A stretch of 64,000 bases of DNA from Segeticoccus sp. (GCA_035690725.1 DASSKF010000117.1:1360-65359); one strand, 5' to 3'. Shown: positions 27,001 to 41,420, counted from the first letter of the stretch. Program-made: numbers and translations. Notes: a model not told the origin generated them from the letters alone.

Positions 27001-27109
27001 CCCCTCCCCCTCGACCGGACACGCGTCCGGCGAGCGATCTCGCACGTCGTTGCCGAGTGCGCTCTCGCAAGCCGTGTCCGGTCGGCTCGGGGATGACCTC
27101 GGTATGCCG

Positions 27110-27433
27110 TCAGGGCAGCTCGCGCCGCACCCTCGCCAGCTCCTCGGTGAGCCTGGCGGCCGGCACGGCGTCGGCCAGGCACACGTCGTAGAGCACGACC
27201 CGCAGCTGGTCCATCAGCGTCGCCGGCCCCAGGTCGGGCACCACGCCTTCCCGCGCATCGGCAGGAAAGTCCCGAGGTCGGTGGTCGGGGGTGGCCGCGT
27301 CGGCGAGGTGCTGGGCCAGGGTGCGGACGCGGTCGGCACACCCCTCCGCTGTGTGGAGGGGCAGCTGGCGCCAGCGGCGCTCGATCCGGTCGAGCTCGAC
27401 CGCGACGTCGTCCGGCACCGGGGAGGCGGGCAC
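27110..27433 (-). CDS. Hypothetical protein (107 aa)
   Basis: GTG start 10 nt after the BI-1 stop. Strong GC third-position bias and a non-repetitive sequence (VPASPVPDDVAVELDRIERRWRQLPLHTAEG). No family recognised. Confidence 0.5.
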   Translation of the reverse strand: MPASPVPDDVAVELDRIERRWRQLPLHTAEGCADRVRTLAQHLADAATPDHRPRDFPADAREGVVPDLGPATLMDQLRVVLYDVCLADAVPAARLTEELARVRRELP

Positions 27434-27442
27434 CTGCGCCGG

Positions 27443-28333
27443 TCAGTCCCGGCGCAGCGCGAACAACCGCAGGAACTCGATGTAGAGCCAGACCAGCGAC
27501 ACGATCAGCCCGTGGGCGAGCAGCCAGGAGTACTTCTCCGGGACCTCCATCGCGACCGCCCGGTCGACGGTGTCGAAGTCGATCGCCAGTGAGTAGGCGG
27601 CCAGGGCGATGCCGACCAGGCAGATGATCCAGCCGAACTGCGTCCCGACGATCCCCCAGCCGCCGCCGGTGCCGAAGCCCCAGGCGGCGACGAGGTTGAC
27701 GATGCCGAACAGCAGGTAGCCCATGATCGCCATGCCGAAGATCCGGCGGGTCCGGCTGGTGACCTTGACGAACCCGACCTTCCAGCCGATGAACATGCCG
27801 ACGAAGGTGACGAGCGTGGCGACCACGGCCTGGCCGACGACACCGTCCCACGCGGTCTCGAACACCTTGCTGATCGCGCCGACGAACACGCCCTCCAGGG
27901 CCGCGTAGCCGATGATGAGCGGGACGCTGATCGTCTTCTTGAAGGCGATCACGAATCCGAGTGCGAGGCCGGCGAGCATGCCGATGCCGAACAGGGGCAG
28001 TGCGAGCGCCGGCTGGAGCTCGACCGCGTACCACGAGGCGGCGGCGAGGGCGAGGACCAGGGTGAACAGCCCCAGCGTCTTCATCACGACGTCGTCGAGG
28101 GTCACCCGCCCCATCTGGGTGCGGCTGGCGGCGTCACCGCTGTAGAGGGCCTCGAGCTGGTCGGCGCTCATGTTGCGCTGCTGGGCGCCCGCCGTGCCGG
28201 CGGCCGCGGGACCGCCCGGGCCCATCGGCTGCCCACCGCGGGACTGCCCGGCCCGGGGCGCGGGGCCGAAGCCCGCGTAGCCGCCCCGGCTGAGCTGGTT
28301 GTTGATCCGGTTGAACACCGGGTTGCTGGCCAT
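27443..28333 (-). CDS. Bax inhibitor-1/YccA family membrane protein
   Basis: Start ATG 28333 (MASNPVFNRINNQ) after GGAGGA. A Gly/Pro/Gln-rich N-terminal tail is followed by seven hydrophobic segments typical of the BI-1 family. Confidence 0.8.
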   Translation of the reverse strand: MASNPVFNRINNQLSRGGYAGFGPAPRAGQSRGGQPMGPGGPAAAGTAGAQQRNMSADQLEALYSGDAASRTQMGRVTLDDVVMKTLGLFTLVLALAAASWYAVELQPALALPLFGIGMLAGLALGFVIAFKKTISVPLIIGYAALEGVFVGAISKVFETAWDGVVGQAVVATLVTFVGMFIGWKVGFVKVTSRTRRIFGMAIMGYLLFGIVNLVAAWGFGTGGGWGIVGTQFGWIICLVGIALAAYSLAIDFDTVDRAVAMEVPEKYSWLLAHGLIVSLVWLYIEFLRLFALRRD

Positions 28334-28506
28334 GGGCGTCGTCCTCCAGACGTCGTCAACCTGCGGGCGCGCTCCCGCCCTGTCAACAGGGTAAAGGCGA
28401 AACCCGGCGCGGAAGTTCCCGATCCGCACCGGCGTGACCCGATCGTGCCGTGCAGCACCATCCGTGCAGCCCCATGGCGGTGGGCCGTGGCCACCGCGCG
28501 ACCTCG

Positions 28507-28580
28507 TGCCCCCGACGGGAGTCGAACCCGCACTGCAGCCATTTTAAGTGGCCCGCCTCTGCCGGTTGGGCTACGGGGAC
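28507..28580 (-). tRNA. 74-nt class-I tRNA gene with anticodon UAA (nominally Leu), no encoded CCA
   Basis: Manual cloverleaf: GUCCCCG-UA-GCCC-AACCGGCAG-AGGC-G-GGCCA-CUUAAAA-UGGCU-GCAGU-GCGGG-UUCGACU-CCCGU-CGGGGGC-A. It has U8, G18G19, U33, the G53-C61 pair, the T-loop UUCGAcU and A73. Confidence 0.75.
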
Positions 28581-28630
28581 GGCGACAGGCTACCGGGCCC
28601 CGACCGTCGGGCCCTCATCGTCGGGCCGGC

Positions 28631-29485
28631 TCACAGCCGGGCGATGACGGCGTCGAGCATCTCCTCGGTGAGCTTGCCGGTGAAGGTGTTCTGCTGGCTG
28701 ACGTGGTAGCTCCCGAGCAGCCGCACCGGCCGTCCCGCACCGGTGGCCAGCTCGGCCTCCGCGCCGTGCCCGAACCTGGGCTTCGGTCGCGGCACCTGCC
28801 AGCCGAGCCGGCGGGCCGCGGCCAGGGCGGCGTCCCAGCCGATCGACCCCAGCGCGAGCACCGACCGCAGGCTCGGTGCGGCCAGCTGCAGGTCCCGGTC
28901 CAGCCAGGAGCCACAGGTCGCCTTCTCCTCCGTGGTGGGCTTGTTGGCCGGTGGGGCACAGCGCACCGCCGCCACGATCCGTATGCCGTGCAGCTGCAGG
29001 CCGTCGCCGCTCGCCCAGCTCTCCGGCTGGCTCGCGTAGCCCGCGCGGTGCAGGGCCGCATAGATCCAGTCCCCGCTGCGGTCGCCGGTGAACATCCGGC
29101 CGGTCCGGTTGGTGCCGTTCGCGGCGGGAGCGAGGCCGACCACGAGCACCTCCGCCTCGGGGTCGCCGAAGCCGGGACCCGGCCGGCCCCAGTAGGGCTG
29201 GTCGGCGAACGAGGCCCGCCGGCCGCTGATGGCCACGTCCTCGCGCCAGCGGACCAGCCGGGGACAGGCCCGGCACACGCTGACCCGGGCATCGAGCTCG
29301 TGGACGTCATCGGTGCCCCGGGCGAGCCGGTCCACCTGCTCGGCCGTCCGGGCGACCGGCGTGTCGGCGGTCGCGGGGTCCCCCGGCCAGCCCGTTCCCG
29401 GGGGCACCGGGGAGACGAAGGGCCGGCCGGTGACGGGGTGCGGGAGCGCCGGCGCCGGTTCCCGATCGGGTACCCGAGAGGTCAT
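28631..29485 (-). CDS. udgB: Uracil-DNA glycosylase, family 5 (UdgB-type, Fe-S)
   Basis: [26 protein letters not shown] (family-5 style motif A) and HVSQQN (motif B). ATG 29485 preferred over the track TTG at 29497. Confidence 0.8.
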   Translation of the reverse strand: MTSRVPDREPAPALPHPVTGRPFVSPVPPGTGWPGDPATADTPVARTAEQVDRLARGTDDVHELDARVSVCRACPRLVRWREDVAISGRRASFADQPYWGRPGPGFGDPEAEVLVVGLAPAANGTNRTGRMFTGDRSGDWIYAALHRAGYASQPESWASGDGLQLHGIRIVAAVRCAPPANKPTTEEKATCGSWLDRDLQLAAPSLRSVLALGSIGWDAALAAARRLGWQVPRPKPRFGHGAEAELATGAGRPVRLLGSYHVSQQNTFTGKLTEEMLDAVIARL

Positions 29486-29493
29486 GGGCCTGC

Positions 29494-30465
29494 TCAACCG
29501 ATCGACAGCGCGATGCCGTCGAGGATGTCGTGCTCGGAGGTGACGAGGACGGCCCGCGGGTTCACCGCGGTGACCTGCTCGACGATGCGGCGCCAGACGA
29601 GGGCTCCGCCGCCGATGACGTCCACCCGTCCCGGGTGCATGAACGGCAGCGCCGCGCGCTGCTCGTGGGACATCTCGAGCAGGTCGCTGCAGGCCGCGAG
29701 CGTGTCCTCCGCCGACAGCCGGGCCCCGTGGATGCGGGCCGGGTCATAGGTGGGCAGGCGCAGGGCGTGGGCGGTGATGGTGGTCACCGAGCCGGCGAGA
29801 CCGACCAGCGCGGCCAGGCCGTCCAGCCCCACGTCCTCCGCGGCGCGGGCGATCGCGGCGTCGACGTCCCGGGTGGCGGCCGCGACCTCGGCGTCGGTGG
29901 GCGGGTCGGTGTGCAGGTGCCGCTCGGTCATCCGCACCGAGCCGATGTCGACGGAGCGGGCGCGCTCGACCCGGTTCGTGCCGCGGACGAACTCGGTCGA
30001 GCCGCCGCCGAGGTCGACGACGAGGTACGGACCGGGAGTCCTCTCCTGCCGCAGCTCCTCGGTCGCGCCGCGGAAGGACAGTGCCGCCTCCTCGTCGCCG
30101 GTCACCACCTCGGGCGTGACGTCGAAGTCCCCGAAGGCGTCCCGCACCCCGGCGACGAACTCGTCGGCGTTGCTGGCGTCCCGGGAGGCGGAGGTGGCGA
30201 CGAAACGGACTCGCTCGGCGCCGAGCGCACGGCACTGCTCGGCATACTCCTCGGCGCGGGCGAGGGTGCGGGCCAGGGCCTCGGGCGCGATGCTCCCGGT
30301 GCGGTCGATGCCCTGGCCCAGGCGCACGATCTCCATCCGGCGCACCACGTCGTGGATCCGGGAGGAGTCTGACCCGTCTCGGGGCTCCTGCGACGTCACC
30401 CCGACGTCCGCGACGAGCAGGCGGATGGAGTTGGTGCCGCAGTCCACGGCGGCGACCCGGCTCAC
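29494..30465 (-). CDS. ppx: Ppx/GppA family exopolyphosphatase/phosphohydrolase
   Basis: Start GTG 30465 overlaps the DUF501 stop (GTGA). [18 protein letters not shown] and DLGGGSTEF are ASKHA-fold phosphate motifs. Confidence 0.85.
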   Translation of the reverse strand: MSRVAAVDCGTNSIRLLVADVGVTSQEPRDGSDSSRIHDVVRRMEIVRLGQGIDRTGSIAPEALARTLARAEEYAEQCRALGAERVRFVATSASRDASNADEFVAGVRDAFGDFDVTPEVVTGDEEAALSFRGATEELRQERTPGPYLVVDLGGGSTEFVRGTNRVERARSVDIGSVRMTERHLHTDPPTDAEVAAATRDVDAAIARAAEDVGLDGLAALVGLAGSVTTITAHALRLPTYDPARIHGARLSAEDTLAACSDLLEMSHEQRAALPFMHPGRVDVIGGGALVWRRIVEQVTAVNPRAVLVTSEHDILDGIALSIG

Positions 30466-30977
30466 CCGTCCTCCTCGACGTCGCTCACGCAGGGTCCCTG
30501 CGCCCACCAGTCGGGCAGGGCGGCGAGCGCCTCGTCGCCGAGCGGGTTGACGCCGGCACCGGCGGCGAGGGCGTGGGCCACGAGCACGTGCAGGCACTTC
30601 ACCCGGGTGGGCATGCCCCCGGCCGACGTGCCCTCGATCTCCGGCACCGCGCCCAGCTCGCCCCGGCGCCGCAGGTAGTTCTCGTGCGCGTCGGCATACC
30701 GCTGCGCCAGCTCAGGATCCGCAGCGAGCCGCTCGGTCATCTCCCGCATCGTCCCCTGCGACTCGAGCGTGCTGACCGCCCCGGTGAGCCGGGGGCAGGT
30801 GGCGTAGTAGGTGGTGGGGAACGGCGTGCCGTCGGGCAGTCGTGGGCGGGTGCGGAGCACGTCCGGCAACCCGCACGGGCACCGGTGCGCGACGGCGGCG
30901 ACACCACGAACCGGGCGGCCGAGCTGTTCGTGGGCAGCCGCGAGGTCGGCCGCGCTGGGCGGGCCCTCGTCGCTCAC
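30462..30977 (-). CDS. DUF501 domain protein (Rv1025-like)
   Basis: Start GTG 30977 overlaps the ftsB stop. CPCGLPDVLRTRPRLPDGTPFPTTYYATCPRL...RVKCLHVLVAHALA. Confidence 0.8.
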   Translation of the reverse strand: MSDEGPPSAADLAAAHEQLGRPVRGVAAVAHRCPCGLPDVLRTRPRLPDGTPFPTTYYATCPRLTGAVSTLESQGTMREMTERLAADPELAQRYADAHENYLRRRGELGAVPEIEGTSAGGMPTRVKCLHVLVAHALAAGAGVNPLGDEALAALPDWWAQGPCVSDVEEDG

Positions 30978-31666
30978 TTGCCGTCGTCGTCCCGGATCGG
31001 CGGGAGGGGCTTGCTCGGCTTCGGGTCGACCGGCTCGACCTTCTTCGGCTGGGTGGCGGCCTGCTGTGCCGCCCCCTCGTCGGCCACCTGCACGGACGTC
31101 CAGACCTGGGCGTACCAGGGCCGGTGGTGCTGGGTGGAGCGGGAGACCTCGGCCACTCCCCGCTCCCCGGTGGAGGCGGCGCGCTTCCCGCGGTCGTCGA
31201 TGACGGTGTAGGCCTTCTCGCCGGGGTAGACGAACTTCAGCCGCTCGCGGGCCTGCTGCTCGACGTAGTGCGGGTCCTCCCACCGCTGCCGTTGCTGCTC
31301 GAGGTCGGCCACGTGCTGCTTCTGGTGGTCGATCTTCTCGCGGAGGGCCGAGACCTCGCCGCGCTGCTGCAGGTAGGAGTGGATCGTCGGCACGAGCGTG
31401 ATCGACAGGATCACCAGGATCCCGACGAGGATCGCCAGCCGCAGCGGCGAGATGCTCGGCCGTCCGGACACCGTGCGCTGCGCTCCCGAGGCGCTGGGTC
31501 GCCGGGACGGGCCCGAGCCGCCCCGCCCGGCCCGGCTGCGCCGGCTGGACGGCCGGGTGTCGGTGCCGGGCCTCGAGGAGGACGCGCGGCGGGTCGTCGA
31601 CGAGCGCGCGGGACCGCTCCTGCCGCGGGGGGCCTGCGCGCCCGAGGGACGCCGGGTGGACGGCAT
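30974..31666 (-). CDS. ftsB: Septum formation initiator family protein (FtsB/DivIC)
   Basis: Start ATG 31666. Arg/Ser/Pro-rich cytoplasmic tail, TM LAILVGILVILSITLV, coiled coil YLQQRGEVSALREKIDHQKQHVADLEQQRQRWEDPHYVEQQARERL. Confidence 0.8.
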   Translation of the reverse strand: MPSTRRPSGAQAPRGRSGPARSSTTRRASSSRPGTDTRPSSRRSRAGRGGSGPSRRPSASGAQRTVSGRPSISPLRLAILVGILVILSITLVPTIHSYLQQRGEVSALREKIDHQKQHVADLEQQRQRWEDPHYVEQQARERLKFVYPGEKAYTVIDDRGKRAASTGERGVAEVSRSTQHHRPWYAQVWTSVQVADEGAAQQAATQPKKVEPVDPKPSKPLPPIRDDDGK

Positions 31667-31673
31667 CGGCCGG

Positions 31674-33109
<1,436 letters not shown>

Positions 33110-33190
33110 CTGTCCGGACCGACCCGCCCGCACCGGTATGCCGGGCACGCGCCGACCGTGTCCTCCCACCGTCGCGCCGTGGTCGCCGAG

Positions 33191-34168
33191 TCAGGGGGTG
33201 GCGCCGAAGGAGCGCTCCAGGGTGCGCAGCGCCTCCCGCAGGGCCGCGCCCGGGTCGGCGCCCTGTCGCCGCGCCTCGAGGACGAGGGCCAGCAGCTGCC
33301 CACCGACGGTCTCGTCGCCGGCGGCCTCCTCGAGCAGGTCCGCCCGCCCGGCCCGCTCGAGGCGGGAGGCGACCTTGACCGCCCGCGCGAGGGGCGGCAT
33401 ACCTGCCGGGATGCCGTCGAACGGCGAGGTGCGGCCGGGCTTCTCGGCGGCCTTGATCTGCTCCCAGTTGGCCGACACCTGCTCGGCGGTCGCGGCGTCG
33501 ACGTCGGCGAAGACGTGCGGGTGGCGCCGCACCAGCTTCTCGACGATCCCGGCGGCGACGTCGTCGATCGTGAACGGCGCCCGCCGGTCCTCCTCGCCCA
33601 CGCGGGACTGGAAGGCCACCTGCAGCAGCAGGTCGCCGAGCTCCTCGACCATGTGCCCGCGGTCGCCGGACTCGATCGCCTCGACCGCCTCGTGGGCCTC
33701 CTCGAGCAGGTAGGGCACGAGGCTCTCGTGCGTCTGCTCGGCGTCCCAGGGGCAGCCGCCCGGCGAACGGAGCCGGTCCATGACGGCGACGAGGTCGAGC
33801 AGGCGCCCGCCGGGCACGTCCCAGGACCCGACGAGCACCTCCACCTCCGGGGGCTCCTGCCGGCGGGTCACCTCGGTCGCCAGGGCGTCCGTGAGCCCGG
33901 GGTCGCCGTCCGGGGACCCGATCCAGACGACCTCCCCGACTTCGGTCCGCGTGGCCCGGTCGACCAGGTCGCGGGCGAGGGTCGGTGCGGCTCCGGTGGC
34001 CAGCCGGGTGACGGGGACGCCGGCCTCGGTGAGGGCGGCGGGGAGGGGGTCGCCCGGGTCGGACGCGAACCGGTGGCCGGCGCGCTCGAGCGCCTGCCAG
34101 GCGTCGCGGCTCAGCAGCCCCGCGGGGACGCGCGGCGAGGTGAGCAACAGGGTGAGGCGGCCGGCCAC
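33191..34168 (-). CDS. mazG: MazG family nucleoside triphosphate pyrophosphohydrolase
   Basis: N-terminal methylase-like domain, then the MazG domain GGCPWDAEQTHESLVPYLLEEAHEAVEAI...EELGDLLLQV and RRHPHVF. Confidence 0.88.
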   Translation of the reverse strand: MAGRLTLLLTSPRVPAGLLSRDAWQALERAGHRFASDPGDPLPAALTEAGVPVTRLATGAAPTLARDLVDRATRTEVGEVVWIGSPDGDPGLTDALATEVTRRQEPPEVEVLVGSWDVPGGRLLDLVAVMDRLRSPGGCPWDAEQTHESLVPYLLEEAHEAVEAIESGDRGHMVEELGDLLLQVAFQSRVGEEDRRAPFTIDDVAAGIVEKLVRRHPHVFADVDAATAEQVSANWEQIKAAEKPGRTSPFDGIPAGMPPLARAVKVASRLERAGRADLLEEAAGDETVGGQLLALVLEARRQGADPGAALREALRTLERSFGATP

Positions 34169-34175
34169 GCGGCGG

Positions 34176-34748
34176 CTACTGACCCGAGGTCGTGGACCCC
34201 GAGCTGGACTTCGAGGACGTCTTGATCCAGTTGGGCGGCTGCTGGCTGATGTTGCCGGTCTTCGGGTCGTAGTCGCCGTAGCGGGGGTTCACCGTGATGT
34301 CGGCATTCTTGAGCTGCTTCATGAACTGCTGGCCGACCTTCGGGTCCTGCTGCATCTGCTGGCGCACCACCTGCGTGGCCAGGGCCCGCCGGATCACCTC
34401 GACGGTCGCGGGCTTCGGGTCCTTGATGTGCAGCTGCCGGGTGAGGTACTGCTTCGCCTGGTCGGTCGAGACGCCCTGCCCCATCCGGGACGCCGCCTGC
34501 CGGGCGAAGTGTCCGACGACCAGCACCTCCAGCGTCGTCTCCGGCGTGGCCCCGGCAGCGGAGAGCTGGCCGGTCGCCTCCTGCAGGGTGGCCGTCGAGA
34601 TCGCCTCGCCGTCCACGACGGCCGCGTTGCCCGGGTCGGCGGTGCCGCACGCGGTCAGGGCCAGGCCGGCCGCGAGCAGGGCAGCGGGCAGCGCCACGCG
34701 GGTCAGGCGAGGTGACGTCACGGTTTCCGGTTCCTTTCGTCGCACCAC
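34176..34748 (-). CDS. Lipoprotein with SurA N-terminal-like chaperone domain
   Basis: Lipobox LALTAC after a hydrophobic signal, then AAVVDGEAISTATLQEA. The exact start is uncertain (GTG 34721 is also possible). Confidence 0.65.
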   Translation of the reverse strand: MVRRKEPETVTSPRLTRVALPAALLAAGLALTACGTADPGNAAVVDGEAISTATLQEATGQLSAAGATPETTLEVLVVGHFARQAASRMGQGVSTDQAKQYLTRQLHIKDPKPATVEVIRRALATQVVRQQMQQDPKVGQQFMKQLKNADITVNPRYGDYDPKTGNISQQPPNWIKTSSKSSSGSTTSGQ

Positions 34749-34810
34749 GTCGCGCTCCTGGCGGGTGGCCCCGGGCGCTGCGGGTCGCGGCCCATGCTAA
34801 TGGGACCGGC

Positions 34811-38503
<3,693 letters not shown>

Positions 38504-38614
38504 GCGCAGGTGCTCCTCGTTGTCAGCGTGGTGTCGACAGCACGAAAGCCCCTGCCCGAGCACTCGGGAGGGGTGACCGGTCGATCCTACGCCGCCCGGT
38601 GCCGCGAGCCGCGC

Positions 38615-40234
38615 TCAGTTGAGCGTGCTGCCCTCGTCCTGGTTGTAGGGGCCACCGCGCCAGGTGTCCCACGACACGACGTTGCCGGCCTCCATCACCA
38701 TGAACCGCCAGGGCCCGGTGTAGGTGTTGTCGGACCACGTGTTGTCCTGGTGGAGCGTGATGTCCTTCTCGACGACGGTCCCCTGGAACGGAGACCACGA
38801 GGGGAAGGTGCCGTAGTTGGAGAACACGCCGCTGAACCCGCACGTGTTCTGCTCGGTGCAGGCGTCCCCGACCTTCCCGGGGTCGAAGTCGAAGACGTTG
38901 TCGTGCACCTTGACGTGCTGTGTCTTCCAGCGGCAGTCGTCGATGTACGGCTCGGTCCCGATGAGGTCGGGGGTGCTGCACCGCTGCACGGTGGCCCGCG
39001 GGTTGACCATCGTCGTCGCACCGGTGCTGGTGTTGGCCGGCGACCCGGCGAAGCGGTCCGCGTTCTCCCACGCCACGACGCCGCCCCAGTTGTCGATGAA
39101 GCGGTTGTTCGCGACTTCGAGCGTGTCGTTGTACGACGTGTCGACTCGCTCGTCGCTACCCGACTCCGACAGGTAGACGGCCGGTGTGGGGAAGCCCTGG
39201 TTCTGGGGGCCCTTCACCAGTCCGTTGCGCTCGAAGGTGTTCGCCACGACGTCGAGGTTGTAGCTCGCCTCGTAGAAGAGCCCTTCGGCGTCGTTGCGGG
39301 CGATGTAGTTGCCGGCGACGAGGAACCCGGCGTTGTTCGTGTCGGCCCAGATCCCGGCGCCGTGGTTGTCGTGCACGTAGTTCCCGATGATCCGTGCGTC
39401 CCGGGTCTCCCAGAACTTGCCGCCGCCGGTGCAGCCGCAGCCGGGCCGCCGGCGCTCCCAGTCGTCGGTGTTGTTGCCGGTGACCTCGTTGTCCCGAAGT
39501 GTCACGTCCTGCACCCCTGACGGGGAATAGGCACTGAAGCCGTACTGCCCGTTGTCGCGCAGGCAACTGGACTCCAGCACGTTGCGGTCCCCGAGGAAGA
39601 CTCCCGCGCCGGCACTGTCCCGCACGGTCAGGTGGGACATCACCCAGCCCGGTGCTGCGTCGTGGTTGACCACGCCCTCGTTCATGTTGTCTCCCGGTCC
39701 GCCGAAGTTCTGGACCGTGAGGTACTCGACGTGGACGCCGCTCGCGTGCCCGCCGAACGCGTAGTGGTTGACCTGCCGACCGTCGAGAACCGCCCCGGGG
39801 GCACCGACGTACCGGTTGCCGGGCTTGGGCCGAACCTGGCTGTACTCGCCGTCGCCCAGGTGGTACTCACCCGGTGCCAGCCAGAACGTGGTTCCCGGTG
39901 GGTGCCGGTGGGTCAACGCTCCGAGGTCCTGGGCGGGTCGCACCACGACGGCCCCCTGCGGCGGGGTCGACGGTCCGTCCAGGGCACTCGACCCGCAGAC
40001 GAGGGCCGGCGGCTCGGTGGGCGGTTCGGCCGGGACCGGCACCTCCGTGCGTGCGGAGGCATCCGCCTCGCGATCTGCGCTCGCCCCCAGGCGCGAGGAG
40101 AACCAGTCCGAGACCGCCGTCGGCATGGTGCCACCAGCGGGGCCGACCACCACGCCCACAACCGCGGCCAGGCCCAGGACGAGCGCGGTCGTCAACAGCA
40201 CCACGCGACGACGCGAACGACGGAATGGCCCCAT
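38615..40234 (-). CDS. Secreted/anchored right-handed parallel beta-helix repeat protein (candidate polysaccharide lyase/hydrolase/epimerase)
   Basis: N-terminal RRRVVLLTTALVLGLAAVVGVVV anchor. Repeated beta-helix turns: NFGGPGDNMNEGVVNH, RDSAGAGVFLGDRN, NEVTGNNT, NYVHDNHGAGIWADTNN, NYIARNDAEGLFYE. Confidence 0.7.
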   Translation of the reverse strand: MGPFRRSRRRVVLLTTALVLGLAAVVGVVVGPAGGTMPTAVSDWFSSRLGASADREADASARTEVPVPAEPPTEPPALVCGSSALDGPSTPPQGAVVVRPAQDLGALTHRHPPGTTFWLAPGEYHLGDGEYSQVRPKPGNRYVGAPGAVLDGRQVNHYAFGGHASGVHVEYLTVQNFGGPGDNMNEGVVNHDAAPGWVMSHLTVRDSAGAGVFLGDRNVLESSCLRDNGQYGFSAYSPSGVQDVTLRDNEVTGNNTDDWERRRPGCGCTGGGKFWETRDARIIGNYVHDNHGAGIWADTNNAGFLVAGNYIARNDAEGLFYEASYNLDVVANTFERNGLVKGPQNQGFPTPAVYLSESGSDERVDTSYNDTLEVANNRFIDNWGGVVAWENADRFAGSPANTSTGATTMVNPRATVQRCSTPDLIGTEPYIDDCRWKTQHVKVHDNVFDFDPGKVGDACTEQNTCGFSGVFSNYGTFPSWSPFQGTVVEKDITLHQDNTWSDNTYTGPWRFMVMEAGNVVSWDTWRGGPYNQDEGSTLN

Positions 40235-40238
40235 GAGG

Positions 40239-41399
40239 TCACCCCCGGAGGGAGAACTCCCGAGGCTCGGGCAGGGGCACGTAGACCCGTGGCGACCAGT
40301 CCCCGCTCGAAGCCGACCTCAGCTGCCCGACGACCTCCTCCGCGATGTCCCAGGTGAGGATGACGACGTCGTCGGGGCGCTCCATCAGCAGCGTCTCCAC
40401 CGGACGGATCAACACCCCGGCGCCGGGCACCCGGCAGCCGTGCTTGGCGGGTGAGAGGTCGACCGTGTAGGGCAGCAGCCGGGCATCGACGCCCGAGAGC
40501 GCCAGCAGCACCGCCGCCTTCGAGGGTGCGCCGTATCCGGCGACCCGACGGCCCTGTTCGGCGAGTTGTTGCAGGTGCTCGCGGAACCGGACCGCGACGT
40601 GCTCGCCACGGCGGCCCAACATCCGCAGCGTCTCGAGGCGATCGAGACCGGCCTCCCGCTCCTGGGTGATGAGCTGCTTGACGCTGGAGTCGACCGTGGG
40701 CAGCTCCGCACTCCGGGCAGCGGTGAGGCGGACGCTTCCGCCGTAGACGTCGACCATGGCCGCACGCGTGAGCGTCAGGCCATGTCGGGCGAACAGCGGC
40801 TCAGCTGCGAGGACGGACAGGTAGACGAAGTGACCGTGACGGAACGTGTCGATCAGGGTGTGCTCCACCAGCGGCAGCAGGTGGAAGAACTCGCACACCA
40901 GCCGGCCGCCGTCGGCGAGCCGGGCCGCATGGGCGGCGACGACCGCGTCGGAGCTCTCCTGGTGCATCAGGTGGTGGACGTCCACCACGAGGTCGGCGCG
41001 CTGGTCGTGACCCACCGGCACGAGCCCCGCTGCCACGAAGTCCGGCAGCCACGAGGCTCCGTGCGAGCTGTCCAGCTCCAGGACCGTCTGCCCCGGTCGG
41101 AGTCCTTGGTCCGCAACGACAGCACGCACGGATCGTGCGGCATGCTCCCGCGCCGTCGCCGAGTCGACCGCGCTGGCCGGCTCGGGTTGCGCGCCTCGCG
41201 CCCAACCGAGCTGCACGCACGAACAGACAGGGCACATGTGCACCGTGAGCGGCCAGCTCGGATCGATCCCCCGGACCCCGGCGTCGGGGAACTGGTCCGA
41301 CGCCGGGACCTCGCCGAGGTCCAGCACCACCCCCGGCTCGAGCGCGCCACAGGACCGGCACCTCTCGTGGACCGTCGGGTCAGGAGGGGCGGCGGACAT
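40239..41399 (-). CDS. C-methyltransferase-like protein (Zn-ribbon Methyltransf_13 + C-methyltransferase C-terminal domain), divergent SAM motif
   Basis: CRSCGALEPGVVLDLGEVPASDQFP...HMCPVCSCVQLG parallels the paralog at 47201..48433. The motif-I region reads VLELDSSHGASW rather than the paralog's VVEVASNDGYLL. Confidence 0.65.
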   Translation of the reverse strand: MSAAPPDPTVHERCRSCGALEPGVVLDLGEVPASDQFPDAGVRGIDPSWPLTVHMCPVCSCVQLGWARGAQPEPASAVDSATAREHAARSVRAVVADQGLRPGQTVLELDSSHGASWLPDFVAAGLVPVGHDQRADLVVDVHHLMHQESSDAVVAAHAARLADGGRLVCEFFHLLPLVEHTLIDTFRHGHFVYLSVLAAEPLFARHGLTLTRAAMVDVYGGSVRLTAARSAELPTVDSSVKQLITQEREAGLDRLETLRMLGRRGEHVAVRFREHLQQLAEQGRRVAGYGAPSKAAVLLALSGVDARLLPYTVDLSPAKHGCRVPGAGVLIRPVETLLMERPDDVVILTWDIAEEVVGQLRSASSGDWSPRVYVPLPEPREFSLRG

Positions 41400-41420
41400 G
41401 GGTGCAATTGTGCCCTGACG

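Noticed and set aside
28507-28580. Reading the tRNA locus on the plus strand, where the loop UUUUAAG would give a UUA (ochre-suppressor) anticodon
   Set aside because: The plus strand lacks a T-loop (no GTTCRA near its 3' end) and lacks D-loop GG in the right place. Only the minus strand gives a canonical cloverleaf with U33.
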